Shown piece by piece: positions 44,362 to 52,942 of a DNA stretch of 58,689 nt. The stretch's first letter is position 1. Every line of letters begins with the position of its first letter. The notes under the pieces are model-generated. The model was not told the DNA's origin. It did not search any database and saw only the letters and a program-made list of their open reading frames with translations. Location of the stretch: positions 109,739 through 168,427 of the forward strand of contig CAYMXN010000001.1 of NCBI GenBank assembly GCA_964394435.1. Reading direction: 5' to 3'. The DNA comes from an uncultured Candidatus Saccharibacteria bacterium (GTDB lineage: Bacteria > Patescibacteriota > Minisyncoccia > UBA6257 > 1-14-0-10-44-23). Made by a program: the position numbers and the translations under genes.

Positions 44362-46452
44362 CTATTCTGTCTCGTTTTCGGTGGTTTCCGGATTTTCGTC
44401 TTTTTCCTTCGGTTTACCGAGCGGATTGGTCCAGCTGGCCCAATCACACTCTGGATAGCGATTGCAGCCCCAAAACGTGCGTTTACGGCCTTTATTCGTG
44501 TGTTTTTCGATAACATCACCTGTCGTACACTTTGGACACTTGAGTCCAATGAGGAGCTCTGGCTTGGCGATATTTTTAGTGTTTTTGCAGTCAGGAAAAC
44601 CAGAGCAGGCGAGGAACTTTCCAAAACGACCATATTTGATGATCATCGGCTTGCCGCAGGCTCCTTCGTGTACGCATTCAGATTTTTCGCTACTTCCTTT
44701 GCCTGCGCAATCGCACACTTCGTTTGTTTTTTCGTCTTCGAACTCTTTGTCGACTTCGATGTATTTTTTCTCTAAGTTAGCTTCAAATGGTTTATAGAAG
44801 TCGTTTAATAATTGCTGCCATTTTTCTTTACCTTCGGCTACTTCATCAAACTTTTCTTCCATGTGAGCCGTAAAGTTGATATCAACGATTTCAGGGAAGT
44901 GTTTACTTAAAATTTTGTTCACTAATTCACCGATATCGGTTGGGATGAATCGTCCGGCTTCTTTTTTGACGTAGTTGCGAACTTGGATGACTGAAATAAT
45001 TGGTACGTAGGTTGAAGGACGGCCGATGCCGTACTCTTCAAGTGTTTTGATGAGCTTAGCCTCACTGTAGCGCGGTGGCGGCTCGGTGAAGTGTTGATTT
45101 GGTTTGATGTCTGCCTTACCGGTAAGGTCTTGTCCGTCGGTGAGGGCTGGAATTTCTTTTTCTTCAAAGGTTTGAGGATAGATTTTCAAAAATCCTTCAA
45201 ATTTCATCATACTTCCGCTCGCGCGTAGGGTGTATGTATCTTTTGCGCCCTTTGCTTCCATTTCAATTTGAGTTGAGTCAAAAATTGCCTGTGGCATCTG
45301 ACTGGCGACAAAGCGCTGCCAGATTAAGCGATATACTTTGCGCTCCGCTTCTTCCTCGACAGGCATCTCCTCCGGGCGCATCATTTTGGTTGGACGAATA
45401 GCCTCGTGTGCTTCTTGGGCACCTTTTGACTTACCGGTGAAAACGCGCGGATTTTCGAGTGCATATTCGCTACCGAGTTCTTTGGTTAACCAGTTTTTCG
45501 CCATTGCCACCGAGTCAGCCGAAAGGTTGACTGCGTCGGTACGCATATAGGTGATGAATCCGTTTTCATAGAGACGCTGCGCCATCATCATGGTTTTCTT
45601 TGCCGAGTATCCGAGTCGGCTGCTGGCGGTTTGCTGAAGGGTGCTCGTGGTAAACGGTGCGAGCGGATTTTTCTTTACCTCAGTTTTTTTAATTTGTACA
45701 ACCTTAATGTTTCCACTCGCCAAGTCTTTTGCGATGGTTTCTGCTTGTTGTTTTGTACGGATTTCAAATTTTTCAACTGCTTTACCGTTTATTTTTGCGA
45801 GTCCGGCTTCAAATGTCTTTTTTGATTTCGGTTCGGTAATAAGCGCCTCAATTGTCCAGTATTCTTCTGGCTTGAACGCTTTGATTTCATTTTCACGGTC
45901 CACGATGAGTTTTAAGGCTACTGATTGTACACGGCCAGCAGAAAGTCCTTTAAATATTTTTTTCCAAAGGAAAGGTGAGAGTTTGTAGCCGACGACGCGA
46001 TCTAAAATACGTCGGGCTTGTTGAGCGTCGACGAGGTTAAGGTCGATGGTGCGCGGGTGGGCGAGGGCGTTATGAATAGCTGTTTCAGTGATTTCGTGAA
46101 ATACAATACGGCTAACTGGTTTTCCGGCGATTGGGTTTTTATCTGGCGTCTTTTTATCTGGTGTTTCGAGTACGGATTTAATATGCCAAGCGATCGCTTC
46201 TCCTTCGCGGTCTTCATCAGATGCGAGTACGATTTCGCTCGCTTTTTGAGCGAGCTTCTTGAGTTCGGTTACGCGTTTTCGTGCTTTAACTGGCACGATG
46301 TATTCGGGCACAAATGTTTCTAAATTAATACCAAAACGACTCCGCGGTAAGTCGCGGATGTGTCCGTAAGATGATTCGACTCGATACTCTTTGCCGAGAA
46401 ACTTACCAATAGTAACTGCTTTAGTTGGTGACTCGACGATGACTAATTTCAT
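44362..46452 (-). CDS. topA: DNA topoisomerase I
   Basis: N-terminal Toprim MKLVIVESPTKA, full-length type IA features, and C-terminal Zn-ribbons (CPKC, CDC). Confidence 0.97.
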   Translation of the reverse strand: MKLVIVESPTKAVTIGKFLGKEYRVESSYGHIRDLPRSRFGINLETFVPEYIVPVKARKRVTELKKLAQKASEIVLASDEDREGEAIAWHIKSVLETPDKKTPDKNPIAGKPVSRIVFHEITETAIHNALAHPRTIDLNLVDAQQARRILDRVVGYKLSPFLWKKIFKGLSAGRVQSVALKLIVDRENEIKAFKPEEYWTIEALITEPKSKKTFEAGLAKINGKAVEKFEIRTKQQAETIAKDLASGNIKVVQIKKTEVKKNPLAPFTTSTLQQTASSRLGYSAKKTMMMAQRLYENGFITYMRTDAVNLSADSVAMAKNWLTKELGSEYALENPRVFTGKSKGAQEAHEAIRPTKMMRPEEMPVEEEAERKVYRLIWQRFVASQMPQAIFDSTQIEMEAKGAKDTYTLRASGSMMKFEGFLKIYPQTFEEKEIPALTDGQDLTGKADIKPNQHFTEPPPRYSEAKLIKTLEEYGIGRPSTYVPIISVIQVRNYVKKEAGRFIPTDIGELVNKILSKHFPEIVDINFTAHMEEKFDEVAEGKEKWQQLLNDFYKPFEANLEKKYIEVDKEFEDEKTNEVCDCAGKGSSEKSECVHEGACGKPMIIKYGRFGKFLACSGFPDCKNTKNIAKPELLIGLKCPKCTTGDVIEKHTNKGRKRTFWGCNRYPECDWASWTNPLGKPKEKDENPETTENETE

Positions 46453-46572
46453 CCCGTTAGGAGCAAATCATGTTTTTAATTTTCGACTGGTATAGTTTCA
46501 TAGAAATTGTTTTGAATGGTTGGTGGCGTTTGGGTGTATGCGGGCATCGTTGATGCCATGCTTCTAACGGGA

Positions 46573-47601
46573 TTACATTATCTGATAGGTATCTGCGATT
46601 TCACTCACTCTGCCTTCTATAGATAGTTGGGCGAGTGCCTCATGTACTATATGATGCTCTAGGTTTGTCTTTTCCACAATCATGTCTATGTGGAGAGGTG
46701 ATGCTGCTTGAGCGAGAGCATTTAAAACTATTTGCTGATTTTTATCAAGTTTTACGATAGCAGCTTCGTTTGATTTCTTAGTGCTTACGCCGAGCGCTTC
46801 GAGTACGTCCTCGGGTCGAGTTACGAGCATCGCTCCATGTTGTATTAACTTGTTTGAGCCTTTGTAGTTGTCGTGATTAATGAGTCCGGGGATCACGAAG
46901 ACTTCTCGATTTTGCTCGGTTGCGAAGCGTGCAGTTGCGAGCGTTCCGGAACGTTCAGGCGCTTCAATGATCAGCGTGCCTTTGCTTAGCCCGCTGACTA
47001 TACGATTGCGCTCAAGGAAGAAACGGGGTAGTGAGGGCGTTTTGGGTGGGTATTCAGAAATCAGTCCGCCGCCCGATTTGAGTATCGCATCTGCTAGGCG
47101 TTTATTTTGTTTTGGGTAGACATCATCAAGTCCGTTGGCGAGAACCGCAAATGTTTTGCCTCGATTTTCTAGCGCTGCTTGATGTGCTGCCGTGTCTATG
47201 CCGAGCGCGAGTCCACTTATTATTTGCAGGTTGGATTCAGTGAGGGTTTTAGTAAATTGCGCTGCATATTGTAACCCTTGTGCGGTTGCTTTGCGCGTTC
47301 CAACGATCGCGATTGATAGTTCGGTTGTGTCCGGAAGATTTCCTTTGAAATAGAGCGCGTGTGGTTTCCAGGGGATTTCAGTTAGGAGTTTTGGGAACTC
47401 CTTTTCGGTATTCAGGAGAAGTTGGATGTGCTGTATTTTTAGTTGCTCAAATTCTGCTTCACTATCGATCGCTGGATGAAGCTCTTGATAGGCTTTTGTC
47501 CAACTTTGATATTGTGTGAGTGCTTTTTTGAGCTTGCCGTAATCGCCTCGGAAATAGATTGCGAGTGCGTGGTACGCTTTTGTTTCAGTAAGCCTCTCCA
47601 T
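46573..47601 (-). CDS. dprA: DNA processing protein DprA
   Basis: DprA Rossmann core SGLALGIDTAAH...VVIEAPERSGTLATA and its position upstream of topA. Confidence 0.92.
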   Translation of the reverse strand: MERLTETKAYHALAIYFRGDYGKLKKALTQYQSWTKAYQELHPAIDSEAEFEQLKIQHIQLLLNTEKEFPKLLTEIPWKPHALYFKGNLPDTTELSIAIVGTRKATAQGLQYAAQFTKTLTESNLQIISGLALGIDTAAHQAALENRGKTFAVLANGLDDVYPKQNKRLADAILKSGGGLISEYPPKTPSLPRFFLERNRIVSGLSKGTLIIEAPERSGTLATARFATEQNREVFVIPGLINHDNYKGSNKLIQHGAMLVTRPEDVLEALGVSTKKSNEAAIVKLDKNQQIVLNALAQAASPLHIDMIVEKTNLEHHIVHEALAQLSIEGRVSEIADTYQIM

Positions 47602-47635
47602 ATTGCTTGTCTATGCTATACTTTTATTATATAAG

Positions 47636-48166
47636 ATGTCGTTGGATACGTTTAAAAAAAGCTTTTTCATTTCCTTAGGCATTTTCCTTTTGGTTGTCGC
47701 CGTTTTGGTTGGTTTTTTGATCTATCTCAACATAGATATCAATAAACGCGTTGAGGCGATTAAGCGGTATCAGACCGATATCGCTATTCGTAATCAGGCG
47801 GTGTTGCTCCTTGGAACGCTTAAGCTTGAGGCGGAGCGTGGCGCACAGCTTGCCGGACAGCTTCAAGAGATTCTTCCGACGCGCGATCAACTCATTACAC
47901 TTCCTCGCGAGCTTGAAAAGGTCGCAAAGGACCATCGTGTGGGTTTTGGGTTTGCGTTTGGCAACGAAAATCCGTCGAATGGTACCGATCCGGGGAGTGT
48001 TCGCTTTACAATTTCGCTTACTGGGCAGATTGCCGATCTTGTTTCTTTTTTACGAGACTTAGAATTTGGTAAACGTATTTTGAATGTTCAGTCATTTGAT
48101 CTTACGCAGCGAAGAGATGCTAAAGACTTTTCTCTTGTTTTGAGTGGCGAGGTATATATTCACTAA
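47636..48166 (+). CDS. Hypothetical membrane-anchored protein with PilO-like architecture
   Basis: N-terminal TM helix, a coiled coil, then a small alpha/beta domain. The call rests on architecture only. Confidence 0.35.
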   Translation: MSLDTFKKSFFISLGIFLLVVAVLVGFLIYLNIDINKRVEAIKRYQTDIAIRNQAVLLLGTLKLEAERGAQLAGQLQEILPTRDQLITLPRELEKVAKDHRVGFGFAFGNENPSNGTDPGSVRFTISLTGQIADLVSFLRDLEFGKRILNVQSFDLTQRRDAKDFSLVLSGEVYIH

Positions 48167-48170
48167 CTAT

Positions 48171-48392
48171 ATGCGAAAATTTGTAAATAATCGGCGGAAG
48201 GATATGTTTTTTATTTTTAGTAGCTTATTGATGGTTGCGCTTGTTTTTACCTTTCTTGTTATTAGTTTGCACTCACTCACTGGTCGTACAGCGAATGTTT
48301 TTAAAATCGATTTAACTACGGACGCCGGTGTTGTACACTTTAATTTTGATGGATATGCAAAATTAATCGAGAGCTTGTCAAAGAAGCCTTAA
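48171..48392 (+). CDS. Small single-TM hypothetical protein
   Basis: 73 aa with a TM helix (MFFIFSSLLMVALVFTFLVI). It is tightly linked to the previous gene. Confidence 0.4.
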   Translation: MRKFVNNRRKDMFFIFSSLLMVALVFTFLVISLHSLTGRTANVFKIDLTTDAGVVHFNFDGYAKLIESLSKKP

Positions 48393-48415
48393 ATTAGCTA
48401 TACTAGTTTTCACTT

Positions 48416-48490
48416 GCGTGTGTAGCTCAGTGGTAGAGCATTTCACTGATAATGAAAAGGTCGGAGGTTCGATCCCTCCCACACGCACCA
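48416..48490 (+). tRNA. tRNA-Ile(GAT), the only tRNA here with an encoded CCA
   Basis: Hand fold: acceptor GCGTGTG/CACACGC, anticodon arm TTTCA-CTGATAA-TGAAA, T-arm GGAGG-TTCGATC-CCTCC, then ACCA. Confidence 0.88.
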
Positions 48491-48536
48491 ATGATTCTAT
48501 CCCGCATTCGGGCGGTTTGTGATATATTGGGTTTAT

Positions 48537-49754
48537 ATGGCTACTAAAATCCTTGGGTTAATTAAGAAAGAGATTCAGCGGCAGAATGAGACGATTGATT
48601 TGATTCCTTCTGAAAATATTGTCGATGATACGACGCTGCAGATTTTAGGTTCGCCATTGGTAAATAAGTATTCAGAGGGGTATCCGGGTCGTCGATATTA
48701 TCCGGGCAATACATTTTATGATGCAATTGAGGTGTATGCGTGGGAGCAGGGGAAGAAAGCGTTTAAGCTCTCTGATAACTGGTTTGTAAATGTGCAGCCA
48801 TATTCTGGTTCGCCGGCTAACCTGGCAGTTTATTTTGCGCTGACTAAGCCGGGAGATACGGTTATGGGTATGTCGCTTGGACACGGCGGACACTTAACCC
48901 ACGGGCATCCAGTTAACTTTTCTGGTGTTTTTTATAAGTCAGTGCAGTATGGGGTTAATCTTGCGACGGGGTTGATTGATTACGATCAGGTTGAGCAGAT
49001 GGCTATGGCGCATAAGCCACAGCTCATTATCTCCGGTGCGACGGCGTATGCTCGAGTAATTGATTTTAAGCGAATCGGTGAGATTGCGAAAAAAGTTGGT
49101 GCGTTTCACTTAGCTGATATTTCACATATCGCTGGACTAGTGAGTGCGGGAGTCCATCCGGCTCCATTTGAGTATGCGGATGTGGTGATGGCGACTACGC
49201 ACAAGACTATGCGCGGACCACGTGGTGCGGTCATTTTTAGTAAAGATAAAGAGATTGCGAATAAGATCGATAAGGCGATTATGCCAGGCCTCCAGGGTGG
49301 TCCGCATAACAATCAGACCGCCGCGATCGCGTATATGTTTGAGCAGATGCAGACGACGAAGTTTAAGAAGTATGGTGCGCAGATAGTACAAAATGCCAAG
49401 GTGTTGGCCGGTGAGCTTTTGAAATATGGCTTCCAGCTTGTTTCTGGTGGTACAGACAATCACTTGTTGTTGATTGATGTGCGTAATAAGGGGCTAGATG
49501 GTTCGCAAGCGGAGCAACTCCTTGAGTCAGCTGGTATTATTGCGAACCGCAACTCGGTACCTGGAGATGATAAGCCATTTCGTCCATCGGGCGTGCGTAT
49601 GGGTACGCCATCAATAACTACCCGCGGAATGAAGGAAAAAGAGATAAAGCAGATTGCGATGTTTATTCATCATTTGATCGATTTAAAAGAACCGGCGAGT
49701 GCGGTTCGTAAAGAGGTGCTCAAACTTTGTAAAAAGTTCCCGTTGCCGTATTAA
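48537..49754 (+). CDS. glyA: Serine hydroxymethyltransferase
   Basis: SHMT motifs (LIPSEN, YSEGYPGRRYY, and the PLP-lysine region TTHKTMRGPRG). Confidence 0.97.
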   Translation: MATKILGLIKKEIQRQNETIDLIPSENIVDDTTLQILGSPLVNKYSEGYPGRRYYPGNTFYDAIEVYAWEQGKKAFKLSDNWFVNVQPYSGSPANLAVYFALTKPGDTVMGMSLGHGGHLTHGHPVNFSGVFYKSVQYGVNLATGLIDYDQVEQMAMAHKPQLIISGATAYARVIDFKRIGEIAKKVGAFHLADISHIAGLVSAGVHPAPFEYADVVMATTHKTMRGPRGAVIFSKDKEIANKIDKAIMPGLQGGPHNNQTAAIAYMFEQMQTTKFKKYGAQIVQNAKVLAGELLKYGFQLVSGGTDNHLLLIDVRNKGLDGSQAEQLLESAGIIANRNSVPGDDKPFRPSGVRMGTPSITTRGMKEKEIKQIAMFIHHLIDLKEPASAVRKEVLKLCKKFPLPY

Positions 49755-49806
49755 AATATAATAGCTTGCGTTGCTAGTTGGGTGAGTTTGCCTGTATGAT
49801 GCTGAT

Positions 49807-50595
49807 ATGGCGGAATTAATTGATGGCAAGCAAATTGCGGCAAAAATCATCGGCGAGCTCAAACAGCGACCAGTTCCGGTTAAGCGGTTGGTTGGTATTT
49901 TGGTTGGCGACGATAAAGCGTCGCTTAGTTTTTTGAAGCAAAAAGAGAAAACAGCCGAGCAGCTCGGCGTGAGATTTGAGCTTAAGAAGTTTTCAGATCG
50001 GCTCTCGCAAAATGAGCTCGAGGGTGAGGTGCGAAATATTTCAGCTGACGATGAGGTCGGGGGGATCATTGTTCAGTTGCCACTGCCTCGTAAGTATGAG
50101 CGGATGCCGGTTTTAAATATCATCGGCCTTGAGAAGGACGTTGATGTGTTAAATGGCGAGAGTATCGCCGTTCTGGCTCCGGCAGCTGGTGCGGTGAAGC
50201 GGATTTTAGAGGAGATTCATTTTGATTTGGCTGGAAAGCGTGTAGTTGTTGTCGGGCCGGGACTTTTGATTGGCCGACCAGTAGCGACATGGCTTATGGA
50301 CAAGGTAATTAAGTTGACGGTACTTGGTAAGTCGAAACTTGATGTGGCGGCGCTTCAGGAGGCGGATTTGGTTATTTCGGGTACCGGTCAGGCGAAGTTG
50401 ATTCGAGGCCAGCATATTAAGCCTGGTGCGGTAGTAATTGATTTTGGATATGGTTCAATCGCCGGTGAGCTGACGGGAGATATTGATATGAAAACTGTTT
50501 CCGAAGTTGCGGAGTATGTGACGCCAACGCCCGGTGGAACTGGTCCGATCGTGGTGGCTCAATTGTTCGAGAATTTTTTCAAAATGAATATGTAG
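49807..50595 (+). CDS. folD: Bifunctional methylenetetrahydrofolate dehydrogenase/cyclohydrolase
   Basis: The N-terminus LIDGKQIA, VQLPLP, and the C-terminal TPTPGGTGP motif. Confidence 0.93.
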   Translation: MAELIDGKQIAAKIIGELKQRPVPVKRLVGILVGDDKASLSFLKQKEKTAEQLGVRFELKKFSDRLSQNELEGEVRNISADDEVGGIIVQLPLPRKYERMPVLNIIGLEKDVDVLNGESIAVLAPAAGAVKRILEEIHFDLAGKRVVVVGPGLLIGRPVATWLMDKVIKLTVLGKSKLDVAALQEADLVISGTGQAKLIRGQHIKPGAVVIDFGYGSIAGELTGDIDMKTVSEVAEYVTPTPGGTGPIVVAQLFENFFKMNM

Positions 50596-50636
50596 CTAAA
50601 AACCGCTGAAGTCTAAGAGACGACAGCGGTTGCTGA

Positions 50637-51077
50637 TTAGTGTTTGAGCTTGAGCTGAAACACGCCTGCGTAGCGTTCGGTAAAGCCCAGTTTCTTGTAG
50701 AGGGCGTGCGCGGCAGTACGCATTGGATTGCTAGTGAGTTCTACAACATCACAGTTTTTTGTGCGGGCGATTGAGATCGCATACAGCATCATTGCTTCGG
50801 CTACTTTGTGTCCTCGGTGTTCCTGATCGACTACGACGTCGTCGATAAGTGCTTTATATGCGTAGCTTAGCGTGGGAATTACGTTTAGACAGGTGAGTCC
50901 GATAACTTTCCCATCTTTGTATGCGACGATGAGATGGGCGTTGATCGCCGTTCGGTTTACTTCAGCCGCCGAAATGCGATGTTTCTTACTTGGCGAAAGC
51001 TGGTCGAGTAGTTCATTGACTCGCGTAACATCATTGCCGCCAAGGTGGTGAACGTCGCGGATGTCTGCGTAGGGCAT
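50637..51077 (-). CDS. GNAT family N-acetyltransferase
   Basis: The acetyl-CoA motif region VVVDQEHRGHKVAEAMM and a typical ~146-aa size. Confidence 0.85.
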   Translation of the reverse strand: MPYADIRDVHHLGGNDVTRVNELLDQLSPSKKHRISAAEVNRTAINAHLIVAYKDGKVIGLTCLNVIPTLSYAYKALIDDVVVDQEHRGHKVAEAMMLYAISIARTKNCDVVELTSNPMRTAAHALYKKLGFTERYAGVFQLKLKH

Positions 51078-51185
51078 TGCGTTTTCCTTTTTTGTCTTGA
51101 GAGGTACTGTCTTTTGTATATCGCGAAAATGTATTTTGTTGCAAGTTTTGTTATACTGGGGGCGTTAGCATTAATTACATTTATT

Positions 51186-51707
51186 ATGATTAAAATTGGC
51201 GAAAAAGCTCCGGAGTTTAACGCGGTGCTCGCGTATCACGCCGGTGAGGTGCATGAAGTTAGTTTGAAAGATTATAAGGGGAAGTGGGTAGTACTATTTT
51301 TCTACCCGCGAGATTTTACGTTTATCTGCCCAACGGAGATTAAAGAGTTTGCGCATCTTGAGGAGCAGTTTAAAAAGCATAAGGCGATGATTATTGGTGC
51401 ATCAACTGACAGCGAACACTCGCACCGTGCTTGGTTTGAGCGTGATTTGCCAATGGTGAAGTATCCGGTTTTGGCTGATACGACTCAAAAGATTTCTGCT
51501 GAATATAATATTTTGGCTCCAGATGGAGCGAGCCAACGCGGAACCTTCATTATCGATCCAGATGGAGTACTTCGTTGGATGATGGTTTCAGATAACTCGG
51601 TTGGTCGATCGGTGAAAGAGGTGTTGCGTGCGGTCCAAGCACTTCAGACGGGTGAGCTTTGTCCAGTTGAGTGGGAGCCGGGAACCAAGACCTTAGGAAA
51701 AAAGTAG
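51186..51707 (+). CDS. Typical 2-Cys peroxiredoxin (AhpC/TSA family)
   Basis: Peroxidatic Cys in FYPRDFTFICPTE and resolving Cys in ELCPVEW. ATG 51186 is preferred over the long track ORF. Confidence 0.92.
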   Translation: MIKIGEKAPEFNAVLAYHAGEVHEVSLKDYKGKWVVLFFYPRDFTFICPTEIKEFAHLEEQFKKHKAMIIGASTDSEHSHRAWFERDLPMVKYPVLADTTQKISAEYNILAPDGASQRGTFIIDPDGVLRWMMVSDNSVGRSVKEVLRAVQALQTGELCPVEWEPGTKTLGKK

Positions 51708-51713
51708 TGCGGT

Positions 51714-51748
51714 AAATCAAAAACAGCCTTATCGGCTGTTTTTGATTT
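51714..51748. terminator. Bidirectional terminator
   Basis: aaatcaaaaacagcc-ttatc-ggctgtttttgattt. Confidence 0.8.
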
Positions 51749-51920
51749 ATGACTTGCGTTGATAGTAATTGGCGACTTGGAAAGCGCCAATGGTTAAAAT
51801 AATTAAGACAATAACCGGGAAGAGGATGCTGATAACGATTCCAGCGGCGGCGATAAGTGCTAAAACGGCGAAGATGATGCCGGCGGTGTTGAGTATTTTT
51901 GCAATGGTTTGGTTTTTCAT
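51747..51920 (-). CDS. Small two-TM membrane protein (57 aa; not in the ORF track)
   Basis: My translation is MKNQTIAKILNTAGIIFAVLALIAAAGIVISILFPVIVLIILTIGAFQVANYYQRKS. The ATG lies 2 nt after the duplicated tRNA-Val 3' end. It competes with a less protein-like + strand ORF at 51769-51972. Confidence 0.4.
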   Translation of the reverse strand: MKNQTIAKILNTAGIIFAVLALIAAAGIVISILFPVIVLIILTIGAFQVANYYQRKS

Positions 51921-51921
51921 G

Positions 51922-51937
51922 GTGCGCCTTGCTGGGA
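51922..51937. repeat. Distal exact copy (16 nt) of the tRNA-Val 3' end
   Basis: gtgcgccttgctggga is identical to 52017-52032. Confidence 0.9.
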
Positions 51938-52016
51938 CCCTTCGGTGCTCTCAGGGCGAGAGTTGCCGGTAAGTCGTTTTGCTAGTTTATATTACTCGCA
52001 GTGAGCCCGCCGAACT
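51938..52016. repeat. Repeat-family insert E5 between the duplicated tRNA-Val ends
   Basis: Ordered blocks cccttcgg / ctcagggcgag / gtcgttttgctag / gcagtgagc / gccgaact. Its 5' half also aligns with E1 (gcgagagttgccgg..gtcgttttgctag versus gcgagttctgtg..gtcgttgctttgg). Confidence 0.7.
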
Positions 52017-52032
52017 GTGCGCCTTGCTGGGA
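52017..52032. repeat. Proximal copy of the 16-nt direct repeat (genuine tRNA-Val 3' end)
   Basis: Identical to 51922-51937. Confidence 0.9.
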
Positions 52033-52089
52033 TCGAACCAGCGGCCTTTTCAATGTCAATGAAACGCTCTACCACTGAGCTAAAGGCGC
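52018..52089 (-). tRNA. tRNA-Val(GAC)
   Basis: Hand fold: acceptor GCGCCTT/AAGGCGC, anticodon arm TTTCA-TTGACAT-TGAAA, and T-arm GCTGG-TTCGATC-CCAGC. Confidence 0.88.
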
Positions 52090-52189
52090 AAGTGATATTT
52101 ATAGTATCGTTTTATATGTAAATTCGCAACTGCTTCTTTGCGTATGCGCCTCTTCTCTTTTTGATGCATATTACGTATTGTTGATACAT

Positions 52190-52942
52190 ATGAATCTTGA
52201 GCCAGTCATTCTTTATGAAGATGAAAATGTAATCGCCCTGAATAAACCAGCGGGGCTTTTAGTGCACGGTATTTTTCATAAAGGTTTTGCAAAGCATAAT
52301 GAGCAAACATTGGTTGATTGGGCGCTCAAACACTATCCGCCGATTGCGAACGTGGGAGATGAGCCAGAGACGCGTCCGGGTGTTGTGCATCGGTTAGACC
52401 GCGAAACTTCAGGGGTGATGGTGATGGCAAAAAATCAGGCTGCTTTTACTTTCTTGAAGAGTTTGTTCAAAGAGAAAGAGGCGAGTAAGACGTATCTTGC
52501 GCTTGTTTGGGGGAGAGTGCGTGAGCGTGAGGGTGTTATTGATAAGCCGATTAGTATTGTTGACGGCTCGGTTAAGCGAACTGTGTTTAAGGGTAAGATG
52601 TCGCGCGAAGCGATTACCGAGTATAGCGTGCGGGGATATTATAAGACGCAAGGTGAGGAGTTTACTTTGGTTCAGCTGCATCCAAAAACGGGGCGCACAC
52701 ATCAGTTGCGTGTTCATATGGCATCGCTTGGCAATCCGTTGGTGGGAGATAAACTCTATGGCGAAAAGAAAGAGGCTTTGCGTAAAAAACTTACTGGGCC
52801 GATTCATACCCTTGCGCGACAGTTTTTACATGCTGATTCGCTAGAAATTCCCTTGTCTGATCAAAAGCGAATAACCGTCAGCGCTGATCTGCCGAACGAT
52901 TTAGTTGAGGTGCTTGCGAGCCTAACTCCTATAGTGGAATAG
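52190..52942 (+). CDS. RluA-family pseudouridine synthase (RluD-like, no S4 domain)
   Basis: Catalytic motif HRLDRETSG and the downstream GRTHQLRVH. Confidence 0.9.
   Translation: MNLEPVILYEDENVIALNKPAGLLVHGIFHKGFAKHNEQTLVDWALKHYPPIANVGDEPETRPGVVHRLDRETSGVMVMAKNQAAFTFLKSLFKEKEASKTYLALVWGRVREREGVIDKPISIVDGSVKRTVFKGKMSREAITEYSVRGYYKTQGEEFTLVQLHPKTGRTHQLRVHMASLGNPLVGDKLYGEKKEALRKKLTGPIHTLARQFLHADSLEIPLSDQKRITVSADLPNDLVEVLASLTPIVE

Noticed and set aside
46453-46572. The long-range inverted repeat cccgttag...ctaacggg spanning the dprA-topA spacer and touching the topA start.
   Set aside because: It is only 8 bp with ~100 nt of unstructured AT-rich sequence in between. That is too weak to claim a regulatory structure without comparative support.
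51769-51972. A 67-aa + strand ORF overlapping the repeat insert.
   Set aside because: It runs into the conserved repeat element and the duplicated tRNA end, and it has no start context. The opposite-strand 57-aa ORF gives a clean two-TM protein with the tRNA-end/ATG junction. Both remain unproven.
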